The translations under genes and the position numbers were made by a program. The notes under the pieces are model-generated. The model had not been told where the DNA came from, searched no databases, and worked only from the letters and a program-made list of their open reading frames with translations. From contig CAXXGI010000003.1 of the NCBI GenBank assembly GCA_963674695.2, positions 928,001 to 992,000 of the forward strand: a stretch of 64,000 bases of DNA, written 5' to 3'. This DNA is from a bacterium (lineage in GTDB: Bacteria > UBA10199 > 2-02-FULL-44-16 > JAAZCA01). Positions 8,878 to 20,686 of this stretch are shown here, piece by piece (position 1 is the stretch's first letter; each line of letters begins with the position of its first letter).

Positions 8878-11800
8878 ATGCCCCAGACCGATCTCTTCAC
8901 GGATGGGCTCAAAGCGGACACCATCGTCGGTGGAAAGTACCGCCTCGCTTCAAAAATATCTGAGGGCGGCGGCGGTGTCGTTTGGGAAGCCGTCGATCCG
9001 GATGGCGAATCGGTCGCCCTGAAGTTCCTCAAGTGGTCGCCGCTCAAGTCGCGCACGGTCGCTGCAGAACGCTTTAAGAACGAGTTTGCCATCCTGAAAT
9101 CGCTGGCCCATCCACACATCTCGCAGATCTACGACTTTGGCATCGACCCGGATTCCGACCTCTATTTTTTCACCTCGGAGCTCTTGCGCCAAGGAGATCT
9201 CAAGACGATCGTCGGCGACCCGATCCCCGAATTGGAAACATTGTTACTGGAGGCACTGCGCGCACTGGAATACCTGCGCGGGCACAAGCTGCTGCACCTC
9301 GACATCAAACCCCAGAATCTTCTCCTGCGCTTGCAGGATGGAAAGCGTTCGCTCGCGCTCATCGACTTCGGACTGGCCACCTTCCGGCCGCCTGATCGCC
9401 CGGGCGGAACGCCGAACTATATTCCGCCGGAACTGGTCGCGATGCGCCATCGCGAAGAGTACGCCTTCGAACACTATCCCAAACCCGACCACCGCAGCGA
9501 TCTCTACTCGCTGGGCGTCACCTTCTACTACTGCCTGACCGGCGTGCAACCCTTTGCGGTCAAGGCCGCCGATGGCAAGCGCATCGATGCCGCGGCAACC
9601 CTTCGGCGACACTGTGAATTCACCCCGCCGCCGCCATCGACCTATCGCCCGGAGATTCCCGCCTATCTCGATCGCATCATCATGAAACTGATGGCGCGCC
9701 ACCCGGACGATCGCTATCCTTCGGCGCTGATCGCCGCACAGGCGCTGCAATACAGTTCTCCCCATCAGCATGCGCCCGAGAGCCGACAGACGCTGCTGGC
9801 CTACCTGCCCAAAGAGGGAAAGTTGATCGGGCGCCATGACGAACGCCGAGCGATCGAGCGCGGCTTGAACGCCATCGCTGAGGGCTCACCACAGGCGATG
9901 CCGATCTTCTGTATTGCCGGCGGTCGGGGCTGCGGCCGCTCGCGGCTATTGGAAGCGATCAAGCCGGTCGCACAGCAGCTCGAACTCAGCGTCTCGCTCT
10001 TGCGCAACGGCGATGCCGATGATGTCGCCACACTCGAATCCATCCTCGAGGAACGCACGAAGAACGCCCGTCCGCATGTGATTATCGTCGACGACCTCGA
10101 CACGATCCTTGATGAGGAAAATAGCGGCAGTGGAGAAATGCTCGCAGCGATCCATGCCCTGATCAGGCGTCTGCGCCTGCAGCACCGCCTCTCCCACGCA
10201 CCCGGCGCGCGCATCCTCTTCCTGTTCGGCCTCAACACCGATCGCGTTGCCCTGGGCGAAGCGCTCACGAGCCTCGATCTCGATGAAGCGATCTGCCGCA
10301 CGGTCCCGCTCAAGAACTTCACCCTCACGGAGGTCAGCGAATACCTGACGGCACTCCTCGGCGAAACACCGGATCCATCGGTGGCCCATCAGTTGCTGGC
10401 CTGCTCCGATGGCAGTCCGCTCTTCATCACCGAGCAACTCGAAGCGATGATCGCCAAGGGGCAACTCTTCTCGCTCGCGGGACGACCCGATGCGCGCACG
10501 CTCAAGACGATCGGCATCGATTTTTCCCACGCGCCGCCATCGCAGACGCTTGCCGAATCGGTGCACAAGCGCATCGCCCTTCTTCCGACAGAAGCGCAGC
10601 ATCTTGCGTTGATGCTGGCCTGCTGGGGTCGTCCGGTCGGCGCCGAAGAACTGCGCGCGACGGCCCGAAGCGCCACGACAAGCCACGAGCTGTTATTGCT
10701 CGTCAGCGCAGGACTCGTTCGCCGCGACGAACGCGACGGGCGATTTGCGTTTGCCAATGCATTGACCTCCCGCATCATCCATGATGGCGCCGATGAGACC
10801 GAGCGCGCCCAGTGCCACGATGCCATCGCCCATCATCTCGACAACCAGCGTTCGAAGAAACGCATCGAGCTGGACCGCCATATCGGATATGGAACGCCCT
10901 CATCCCAACAGCCCGCTGCCCTCGAACATCTGGCCGACCATGCCCTGCGCCATCACGACCCGCTCGAGGCGATCATTCACCTCAAGAAGCTGCTTGAGAT
11001 CACCCCTCTGAACGAACCTCACAGGCGCGCTGATGTTCTCATCAAGTTGGGACGCGCCTATGAGCGCGCGAACCGTCCGGAGGAGGCACAGGCTGCTTTT
11101 CGGCGTCTGCATCACCTGAAGGGGCCAGGAAATCTCGCCCTGCAGTTCCGCATTCGTGCCGCGGAGCAGCTGGGTCTGGCCGCGATGCGCCGGCGTCATC
11201 TCCGTCAAGCCCGTCGTTCCTTCGCCGAAGCGCTGAGCCTGCTCGAAGACGTTCCCGGCGCGCTCGTCTGGCGACTCCAGATCGAAAACTCGATCGCTGG
11301 CTGCGACCTGCGCGAAGGACACATCGAAGCAGCGCTCGAACGCTTCGAGCGAACGGCAAAAGTTTCCGAGATGAAACTTCCAGAGAACGAGCAACGCCGC
11401 ATCACCAACAATGAACGCGGTGAGACGCTCCTGCGCGCGGGGGAGATCCAACGGGCACTGGCAATCCTCAACGAAGAATTAGCGCTGGCCGAGATGGCGG
11501 GCGATGCCGAGCGCACGGCCAACCGCCACTACCTCATCGGCAATGCCCTGCGCCGTGATTCACAACAGCGATTCGAGGAAGCGCTGCAACACTATCGCCA
11601 AGGGCTGGCGATCGCCCGACGCCACCATCTGATCCGACTGCAGGTGCGATTGCACAACGGCATGGGCAACCTCTCGCTCAAGCTCGACCGCCCCGATATG
11701 GCGCTGGATCACTATCGCGAGGGATTGGCGCTGGCTCAACAGATCGAGGGAGAGACCACCAGCGTCGAACTCATGATCGGCATGGGGCTGGCCGCTCAGC

Positions 11801-12174
11801 AGATGGCCGAGCCGGATGACACGATCGAATACTTCGAGGCCGCGCTCGATTTCTCCAACACGCCGCAGGGGGCAACCGCCGGCCTCATCCGCCGCTATCG
11901 GCCGACCATCTTTGTGTCGCTCGCGGACGCCTATTATCAGAAGCATGAGCTGGAACGCTCCGAGGACTACATCCGGCAAGGGCTTGCCCTCGACCACGAA
12001 GAGCACTTCAGCCCCGACCTGCGCTACAGCCTCTATGGAACGTTTGTGGAGATTCAGCTCGATCGTGGGGCGTACGACGAGGCCAAGAAATACCTCCCCA
12101 CGCTCGAAGTAATCGCCAAGACCTTCCCCCCCGCGGAAAAACATCTCGCCAAGATCCGCCAAGCCCTGGCGTAG
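8878..12174 (+). CDS. Hanks-type Ser/Thr kinase with AAA/STAND-like and TPR domains
   Basis: VALK, HLDIKPQN, DFG, GTPNY, SDLYSLG; LIGR..GGRGCGRSRL and IIVDD P-loop region; C-terminal TPR-like helices. Confidence 0.88.
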   Translation: MPQTDLFTDGLKADTIVGGKYRLASKISEGGGGVVWEAVDPDGESVALKFLKWSPLKSRTVAAERFKNEFAILKSLAHPHISQIYDFGIDPDSDLYFFTSELLRQGDLKTIVGDPIPELETLLLEALRALEYLRGHKLLHLDIKPQNLLLRLQDGKRSLALIDFGLATFRPPDRPGGTPNYIPPELVAMRHREEYAFEHYPKPDHRSDLYSLGVTFYYCLTGVQPFAVKAADGKRIDAAATLRRHCEFTPPPPSTYRPEIPAYLDRIIMKLMARHPDDRYPSALIAAQALQYSSPHQHAPESRQTLLAYLPKEGKLIGRHDERRAIERGLNAIAEGSPQAMPIFCIAGGRGCGRSRLLEAIKPVAQQLELSVSLLRNGDADDVATLESILEERTKNARPHVIIVDDLDTILDEENSGSGEMLAAIHALIRRLRLQHRLSHAPGARILFLFGLNTDRVALGEALTSLDLDEAICRTVPLKNFTLTEVSEYLTALLGETPDPSVAHQLLACSDGSPLFITEQLEAMIAKGQLFSLAGRPDARTLKTIGIDFSHAPPSQTLAESVHKRIALLPTEAQHLALMLACWGRPVGAEELRATARSATTSHELLLLVSAGLVRRDERDGRFAFANALTSRIIHDGADETERAQCHDAIAHHLDNQRSKKRIELDRHIGYGTPSSQQPAALEHLADHALRHHDPLEAIIHLKKLLEITPLNEPHRRADVLIKLGRAYERANRPEEAQAAFRRLHHLKGPGNLALQFRIRAAEQLGLAAMRRRHLRQARRSFAEALSLLEDVPGALVWRLQIENSIAGCDLREGHIEAALERFERTAKVSEMKLPENEQRRITNNERGETLLRAGEIQRALAILNEELALAEMAGDAERTANRHYLIGNALRRDSQQRFEEALQHYRQGLAIARRHHLIRLQVRLHNGMGNLSLKLDRPDMALDHYREGLALAQQIEGETTSVELMIGMGLAAQQMAEPDDTIEYFEAALDFSNTPQGATAGLIRRYRPTIFVSLADAYYQKHELERSEDYIRQGLALDHEEHFSPDLRYSLYGTFVEIQLDRGAYDEAKKYLPTLEVIAKTFPPAEKHLAKIRQALA

Positions 12175-12183
12175 CGACGCGTC

Positions 12184-12198
12184 TGGCACAACATGTGC
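12184..12198 (+). promoter_or_regulatory. Sigma54-type promoter
   Basis: TGGCACAACATGTGC (GG-N10-GC) 52 bp upstream of ORF 12250. Confidence 0.6.
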
Positions 12199-12249
12199 GT
12201 ATTTTTCGGCTTCGTAACGACCCGTTAACTTCACACTTGGAGGTGTCCC

Positions 12250-12885
12250 ATGAAAAAGACCGCCGTCCTCATCCTCATCGCCCTCTTCGTCTGCGTGCCC
12301 ATCCTGGCCCAGGCGCAAGCGAGCGGCTCCAAGAAGGCGAGTCCTTCGTTCATCAAGCGCGTCGAGCAGTTTTTCAATCGCTCATCGCGCGATTCGGAGA
12401 GCGATCAAGACATCCCAGCCGATGAAAGCAATCCGCCGGACGGAGATGTGCCGATAGATCCCGGGGACGACGATAATGATGATCCCATGCGCGTGTCAGA
12501 GATGATCGTGGGAATCTCCATCCAGAGCGTCACCGCTTCAAACAGACCTCGCAACGGCTGTCGCGCCTTTGGAAGACAGGATTCCAACGAACGATTGATA
12601 CGGATCGATGTCAGCCCGGAGGAGATCCGTGATGTCGACGCCTCCATCCTCTGTCAGATGCTCCTCACCGCCTTGAGCACCGGGCGTTCCGTCAACGTCG
12701 GTGGAATGCCCATCTCCGATGAGCCCTTCCCGCCGGATCTCGAAGGCATCGATGCAAACTACATCCGCCTCCCGGGTAGTTCCATGTCAGATGCGATTCC
12801 CGTGGAGGAACCGAATCCCTCGGAAGAGCCCGAAAGCTTGAGGCCGGCCAACACCGAGCCGCAACAGATGAAACCACGCCGTTAG
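12250..12885 (+). CDS. Secreted hypothetical protein
   Basis: GGAGGT RBS; Sec signal MKKTAVLILIALFVCVPILAQA; acidic Pro-rich linker. Confidence 0.75.
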   Translation: MKKTAVLILIALFVCVPILAQAQASGSKKASPSFIKRVEQFFNRSSRDSESDQDIPADESNPPDGDVPIDPGDDDNDDPMRVSEMIVGISIQSVTASNRPRNGCRAFGRQDSNERLIRIDVSPEEIRDVDASILCQMLLTALSTGRSVNVGGMPISDEPFPPDLEGIDANYIRLPGSSMSDAIPVEEPNPSEEPESLRPANTEPQQMKPRR

Positions 12886-12938
12886 CTCAGACCTCGCACA
12901 CACATAAAACGGCCTGCACCCGACGAGGGGCAGGCCGT

Positions 12939-13084
12939 AAGGTTGATGACAATCCTGTGTTTTTGTCATCCCCGCGAAGGCGGGGATCTCGATGTAGCGT
13001 AAAAAGCGAGATTCCCGCTTTCGCGGGAATGACAAACTTCGATTTTCGATAATGATAACATGAAATAATTTTTTCAGCAGTTTG
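12939..13084. mobile_element. MITE with IS1182-like ends carrying a REP doublet (12965-13033), flanked by a 30-bp duplicated hairpin
   Basis: Ends aaggttgatgacaa / ttttcagcagtttg; identical acggcctgcacccgacgaggggcaggccgt at 12909-12938 and 13085-13114. Confidence 0.7.
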
Positions 13085-13119
13085 ACGGCCTGCACCCGAC
13101 GAGGGGCAGGCCGTTTTTT
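13085..13119. terminator. Hairpin terminator between convergent genes (duplicated at 12905-12938)
   Basis: acggcctgc-acccgacgaggg-gcaggccgt plus T-run; the left copy has an A-run on its left side. Confidence 0.7.
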
Positions 13120-13135
13120 GTGCTTCAACGAAACA

Positions 13136-15721
<2,586 letters not shown>

Positions 15722-15756
15722 GTACTTCTCCCTTCAGAATGATTGCCTTCTCCTCA

Positions 15757-15784
15757 ATATGGCGTTTTTTTCGAAAAAGACAAG
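15757..15784 (-). promoter_or_regulatory. Possible sigma32-type promoter of clpB
   Basis: CTTGTC-N14-CGCCATAT resembles CTTGAA-N13/17-CCCCATNT. Confidence 0.4.
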
Positions 15785-15818
15785 GCAGCAGAAAAGCAAA
15801 AAGGGGCCGAGGCCCCTT

Positions 15819-15942
15819 CAGACTGCTGACAACATTTTTTTCATGCCGTCATTCCCGCGAAAGCGGGAATCTCGCTTATAATAGCCAATCGAGATCCCCG
15901 CTTTCGCGGGGATGACAACAACGAAGGCTTACCATCAACCTC
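15819..15942. mobile_element. MITE with IS1182-like ends carrying a REP doublet (15848-15916)
   Basis: Ends cagactgctgacaa / ttaccatcaacctc (inverted relative to the 12939 copy); inserted at hairpin aaggggccgaggcccctt with near-duplication gaggcccctt/gaagccccta. Confidence 0.65.
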
Positions 15943-15976
15943 GAAGCCCCTATGCTCACTCGACATCTATCCACCT

Positions 15977-16540
15977 CTACTGACAGATGCCGTTCGAGCA
16001 ATAATCCTCGAGGCTGCGGCAGCACCAGTAGTATTGATTGGCATTGTATCCATCATTCGGCGCATAGCTCGTGCTACGACATTGCTTCATCTGTTTGCCC
16101 GGCTTGCACCCGCACTCGACCTCGCCCTCTTCGGTCTCGTAGCAGAGGTTGTGATCGGTACTGTTATCGCATTCTTCAGGACATTCGGGATCCTCGGCGC
16201 AGCCGGAGAAGAGGAGCGCGGGAAAGAGGACGATCGCCAGGAGGATTTTCCCGCCCGCCAGAAAGACCGAATCCTCCGATACCGGCTTCTCTGCCTGCGC
16301 CAGTTGCGCGCGCGCCAATCCCTGGATACGCCGATGCACCTGATCGGTCTGTTTGATGTCGGCCGCCAGCGGATGATCGACGGTCAGATTGATCCCGTCG
16401 CGCACCTGTGCGGCAAAAAAACCACCGTCGCGCTTGCCGTCCAACGCGATATCGCAAGTTTCCAGATAGGAGGCCAACTGGGAACGATCGGCGATCGCGT
16501 TGGATTGTTCGAGAATGTTCTGCGTCGTGATGAAGGTCAT
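15977..16540 (-). CDS. Hypothetical protein: 97-aa leader, internal lipoprotein-like signal and Cys-rich domain
   Basis: AGGAGAGG RBS; ...FLAGG-KILLAIVLFPALLFSG-C followed by 10 more Cys. Confidence 0.7.
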   Translation of the reverse strand: MTFITTQNILEQSNAIADRSQLASYLETCDIALDGKRDGGFFAAQVRDGINLTVDHPLAADIKQTDQVHRRIQGLARAQLAQAEKPVSEDSVFLAGGKILLAIVLFPALLFSGCAEDPECPEECDNSTDHNLCYETEEGEVECGCKPGKQMKQCRSTSYAPNDGYNANQYYWCCRSLEDYCSNGICQ

Positions 16541-16614
16541 GAGTCCTCTCCTTGTGATACGTGGTATCGTGTTCTTCAATCCGCTATAGGCATTTCTGTC
16601 TTATAACGCAACGA

Positions 16615-17076
16615 TCAGAAGCGAAACAGCAGTTCCGGTCCGGCACTCATGCCGAATGGCAACAGGGGTCCGCGGCCCATTCCAAGGGATTCGGGCCCCG
16701 ACCACAGAAATTGGCGAAAGGGGGCGTTGGCATCCTGGATTCTTGCCCCCAACGTGAGATCGACGCCCTTGAGACTCCAGGTCTTGAACGGGAGAAAACC
16801 GCTCCCATTGTATGTCGCATAATTACCACTTTTCATCGTCATACTCGATTCGGTCGTAAAGAATGAAGTCCCTCCCCCCATTCCATCCCACCGATCCCAC
16901 GATCTGTTTGGCGAAATGCTCAGATCATACGTCGACTTTCCGAACATCTGTTCAGAACGTTGAACACCTTCGTCACTGATCAAACCCTGGATCTCCTTGA
17001 TCAACGCGAAGTCCAGCTTGAGCTTGCCCAGGCCAAAATCGAATCCTGCCGCTTCCCTTCCCTCGATCGCATCCAT
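16615..17076 (-). CDS. Hypothetical protein ending in a beta-signal-like motif
   Basis: GGGAGGGGAG RBS; ends AGPELLFRF; no N-terminal signal peptide. Confidence 0.6.
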   Translation of the reverse strand: MDAIEGREAAGFDFGLGKLKLDFALIKEIQGLISDEGVQRSEQMFGKSTYDLSISPNRSWDRWDGMGGGTSFFTTESSMTMKSGNYATYNGSGFLPFKTWSLKGVDLTLGARIQDANAPFRQFLWSGPESLGMGRGPLLPFGMSAGPELLFRF

Positions 17077-17136
17077 GTCTCCCCTCCCTCTGTTGTGTGA
17101 ACGTGAACGCTCACCTCCCGAATGACTCGGAACTAA

Positions 17137-17152
17137 TGCAGGGGGCGTGCCA
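17137..17152 (-). promoter_or_regulatory. Sigma54-type promoter
   Basis: TGGCACGCCCCCTGCA upstream of the 17076/16540 gene pair. Confidence 0.7.
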
Positions 17153-17378
17153 AGAAGAGAACCGTGCAGAAGAAAATTAAAACAGACTGAAAACAAACGC
17201 GTTTCATTCTTTCCTCGATTCCTACGATCGCATTTCATTATCTCCGCGCTGTGTCATCTGTGTGGAATCGGTGTGTCATAGGCAGCTTGCAAGAGTTTTA
17301 TCCGACGCAAAAGTGCGACGATCTTGCATTTCCCCATCGAGCGATTATTGATGTCCTTCATCATAAGGAGATCATGCC

Positions 17379-17792
17379 ATGAAGACCCACACCGATTATC
17401 TCTGGTTCGAGACGAAGAAACGCCACGAGTTCATCAACATCACCGACAAGGTGCAGGCGATCATCGATGCGAGCGCGGTCGATGACGGCATGGCGCTCGT
17501 CTCGGCGATGCACATCACCGCTGCAGTCTACGTGAACGATGCGGAGAGCGGGCTGATCCATGATATTGAAACGTGGCTCAAGGAGATCGCGCCAACGAAT
17601 CGCGACTATCGCCATCACCAGACCGGCGAAGACAACGGCTACGCGCATCTCTGGAATCTCACCATCGGCCATCAGGTGATGGTCCCGATCACGAAGGGAC
17701 AGCTCGACTTCGGGCCGTGGGAGCAGATCTACTACGCCGAGTTCGACGGAAGACGGCGCAAACGCGTGATCGTGAAGGTCATGGGCGTGTAA
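17379..17792 (+). CDS. yjbQ: YjbQ/UPF0047 secondary thiamine-phosphate synthase family protein
   Basis: [37 protein letters not shown]. Confidence 0.9.
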   Translation: MKTHTDYLWFETKKRHEFINITDKVQAIIDASAVDDGMALVSAMHITAAVYVNDAESGLIHDIETWLKEIAPTNRDYRHHQTGEDNGYAHLWNLTIGHQVMVPITKGQLDFGPWEQIYYAEFDGRRRKRVIVKVMGV

Positions 17793-17826
17793 GCCCGAAG
17801 GGCGAAGGGCGACCGATTATTGTTTT

Positions 17827-17901
17827 GTCATCCCCGAATGGGGTAATCGGGGATCCCGATGGAAACAATCGAGATTCCCGATACAATCACTCGGGAATGA
17901 C
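17827..17901. repeat. REP-like palindromic doublet (GTCAT..ATGAC)
   Basis: gtcatccccgaatggggtaatcggggatc...gagattcccgatacaatcactcgggaatgac. Confidence 0.8.
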
Positions 17902-17916
17902 ATCAAAGGAAATACC

Positions 17917-19524
17917 ATGACCATTCTCATCATCCTCCTCGGCTCGATCCTGCTCTTTTCACTGGCCTATCGCTTCTATAGCCCGCGCGTGGCGCGGATG
18001 TTGGGCGTGGAACCCGACCGGCCCACCCCCTCGCACACGATGGCCGATGGCGTCGACTACTGCCCGGCAAAGGCTCCGATCCTGTTCGGCCATCACTTCG
18101 CCTCGATCGCGGGTGCGGCCCCGATCGTCGGTCCGATCGTCGCGGCGGCCTGGGGCTGGGGACCGGTACTCATCTGGATCATCCTCGGCGGCATCTTCCT
18201 GGGCTCAGTGCACGACTTCTCCGCACTCGTCGCATCGATCCGCCACGGCGGCCACTCGATGGGTGAGGTCATCGGTGAAAACGCCAGCCGCATGGCGCGC
18301 CAACTCTTTCTCTTCTTCCTCTGGGCCACACTGGTGCTCCTCATCGCGGTCTTTCTGGTCGTGGTGGCCAAGACCTTCGTCTCGGTCCCATCGGCGGCGA
18401 CCGCATCGATGCTCTTCATCGGGCTGGCCGTCCTCTTTGGACTGGCGATCTATCGCTTGAAGCTCCCGCTCGGCTGGGCCTCGCTTGTCGGGGTGGCGAT
18501 CCTCGCGGTCTGCATGATCGTGGGCTGGCACTACCCCCTTGCGTTTTCAAACGACACCTGGATCCTCGTCCTGCTCGTCTATATCTTCGTGGCCTCGGTC
18601 ACCCCGGTCTGGTGCCTGCTGCAGCCGCGCGACTATCTCAATTCCTTTCTGCTCTATGCGCTTCTCATCGCCGCGCTCGTCGGAATCGTCGTCACGCGCC
18701 CGGCCATCGAACTGCCCGCCTTCATCGCGTGGGATGTGCCCAAGCTCGGCACGCTCTTTCCGATCCTGTTTGTCACCGTCGCCTGCGGCGCCATCTCCGG
18801 GTTCCACTCGGTCGTCGCTTCAGGCACGACGGCCAAACAGCTCGACCGCGAGGCGCACGCCCGTCCGATCGGCTATGGCGGCATGCTCGTCGAATGCCTG
18901 CTCGCGGTGATCGCGCTCATCACCGTGATGATTCTGACCAAGGCCAACTACACGCACATGCTCCCGCATGGAGGCCCGGTGGCGCTCTTCTCCAACGGGA
19001 TCGGCGCGATGATCGAGGCGCTCGGCATCAGCAAGATGCACGGCACGAACTTCGCCGCGCTTGCGGTGAGTGCGTTCGTGCTCACCACACTCGACACCGC
19101 CACGAGGCTGTGCCGCTTCGCCTGGCAGGAGTTCTTCGCGCCGACAAAGGCAAACGAGAAACCCTCCTTCGTCTGCAACCGCTTCGTGGGGACGCTCTTC
19201 ACGGTGGCGGCGGCAGCGGCGCTCGCCTACTCCGGACAGTGGAAAGCGATCTGGCCGCTCTTCGGCTCGGCCAACCAGCTGCTCGCCGCACTGGCGCTCA
19301 TGGCGGTGACGTTGTGGTTGAAGAAAAAAGGAAAGAAGACAACGATGCTCAAATGGCCGATGCGCATCATGTTCCTCATCACGCTCTCGGCACTCGGGGT
19401 GCTCGTCTGGACCAACCTCAATAAGGGAACCTACATCATCGCGGCAATTGCCGCCGCACTCTTCGCGCTCGCCATCGTCGTCGTCGTCGAGGCGGTCAGG
19501 CAGTTTCGGAGGGGAGCGGGGTAA
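17917..19524 (+). CDS. cstA: Carbon starvation protein A (peptide/pyruvate transporter)
   Basis: DGVDY.P, FGHHFASIAGAAPIVGP, ACGAISGFH, IWPLFGSANQLLA. Confidence 0.95.
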   Translation: MTILIILLGSILLFSLAYRFYSPRVARMLGVEPDRPTPSHTMADGVDYCPAKAPILFGHHFASIAGAAPIVGPIVAAAWGWGPVLIWIILGGIFLGSVHDFSALVASIRHGGHSMGEVIGENASRMARQLFLFFLWATLVLLIAVFLVVVAKTFVSVPSAATASMLFIGLAVLFGLAIYRLKLPLGWASLVGVAILAVCMIVGWHYPLAFSNDTWILVLLVYIFVASVTPVWCLLQPRDYLNSFLLYALLIAALVGIVVTRPAIELPAFIAWDVPKLGTLFPILFVTVACGAISGFHSVVASGTTAKQLDREAHARPIGYGGMLVECLLAVIALITVMILTKANYTHMLPHGGPVALFSNGIGAMIEALGISKMHGTNFAALAVSAFVLTTLDTATRLCRFAWQEFFAPTKANEKPSFVCNRFVGTLFTVAAAAALAYSGQWKAIWPLFGSANQLLAALALMAVTLWLKKKGKKTTMLKWPMRIMFLITLSALGVLVWTNLNKGTYIIAAIAAALFALAIVVVVEAVRQFRRGAG

Positions 19525-19536
19525 ACAGATTTCGGC

Positions 19537-20565
19537 TTATCGCTTCTTCAACAGATAGTGAACGGAACGCCCCTTGCCGATCCTTTCCACAACCCCCAGT
19601 TCTTCCAGGGACGCAAGATCCGCGAGCGCCGTAAAATTCGAAACCTTGTTGAGCTCTCGATATTCCCGGTTCGTCATCCGACCATTGCGCTTGAGGAATC
19701 TGAGCGCCTTCTCCTGTCTGCGGTTGAGAAAGACCGAACGCTCTTGCACCTCGACTTGCTCCAGAAACTGACCGATCGTCTGTTCGACGCCAAAGACGAA
19801 GAAGGTGATCCACTCCTGCAAGTCCCATCTGTTGTTTCGGTCGTAGAAATTGTCCCCCTGAGCCGCATGGAGGATATGGTAATACTGATTCCGGTGGTGA
19901 TAGAAGTATTCATCCCAGGCCATATAGCGCACAAAGTGAAACCCGGCCTGCATGAGTATGAGGGTGGACAGCGCTCGTGCTGTTCGTCCATTACCGTCCA
20001 TGAAGGGATGAATCGTGACGAAACCAAAGTGGGCAACCGCCGCCCGGATCAGCTCATGTTTCCAGTCGGAGCTGCCCAAACAACTGAGCAACACATCCAT
20101 CAGCGATGAGATATCCTTGGCTTCAGGCGGCATATAGACCATGCGATTGGTCGCCGTGTCGAATACCGCATTCTGTGCTTCCCGGTAATGACCGAGCAAC
20201 TTGCCCCGTACGATATTCTTCTCCACGTATCGGTGGATGTCGCAGATCGTTTGCGGTGTAATCTTCGCATCGCCCTTCGACTGATCGATCAGAAAATCGA
20301 AGAGTTCGAAGAGGTTTTTGACTTCCTGAATATCCCTCTTCGGCGCCTGAACCGTCTTTTCTTTCCAGACGTCCTCGGTCTGCTTGAGCGTGAGACAGTT
20401 GCCTTCGATCTTGTTGGAAAAGTGGGAGGTCCGCACCTTGGCCTGCTGGGAGAGCGACGTCCTGAGGGCGGGAGACAAGGAGAGGCCTGCCAGGCGTTCT
20501 TCAAGAGCGGCAATAGCCACCAGCGACCGGAGCAGCTCCTTGGTGATGGCGTAGGTGAATTCCAT
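19537..20565 (-). CDS. Fic-family protein with C-terminal winged HTH
   Basis: Canonical HPFMDGNGRTAR; SNKIEGN inhibitory helix motif; C-terminal LNRRQ..MTNREY..TALADL..GKGRSVHY. Confidence 0.92.
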   Translation of the reverse strand: MEFTYAITKELLRSLVAIAALEERLAGLSLSPALRTSLSQQAKVRTSHFSNKIEGNCLTLKQTEDVWKEKTVQAPKRDIQEVKNLFELFDFLIDQSKGDAKITPQTICDIHRYVEKNIVRGKLLGHYREAQNAVFDTATNRMVYMPPEAKDISSLMDVLLSCLGSSDWKHELIRAAVAHFGFVTIHPFMDGNGRTARALSTLILMQAGFHFVRYMAWDEYFYHHRNQYYHILHAAQGDNFYDRNNRWDLQEWITFFVFGVEQTIGQFLEQVEVQERSVFLNRRQEKALRFLKRNGRMTNREYRELNKVSNFTALADLASLEELGVVERIGKGRSVHYLLKKR

Positions 20566-20686
20566 ATACCGAGCATACAGAATAATCGTGAGATATTCAA
20601 TAGGTAATCGCTAGATATTCATGAGGCATTCGTGAGTCCCTGAGCCAATACCCGCTCCAGGGAGGGCAGGCGAGGAACGAGAGGCC

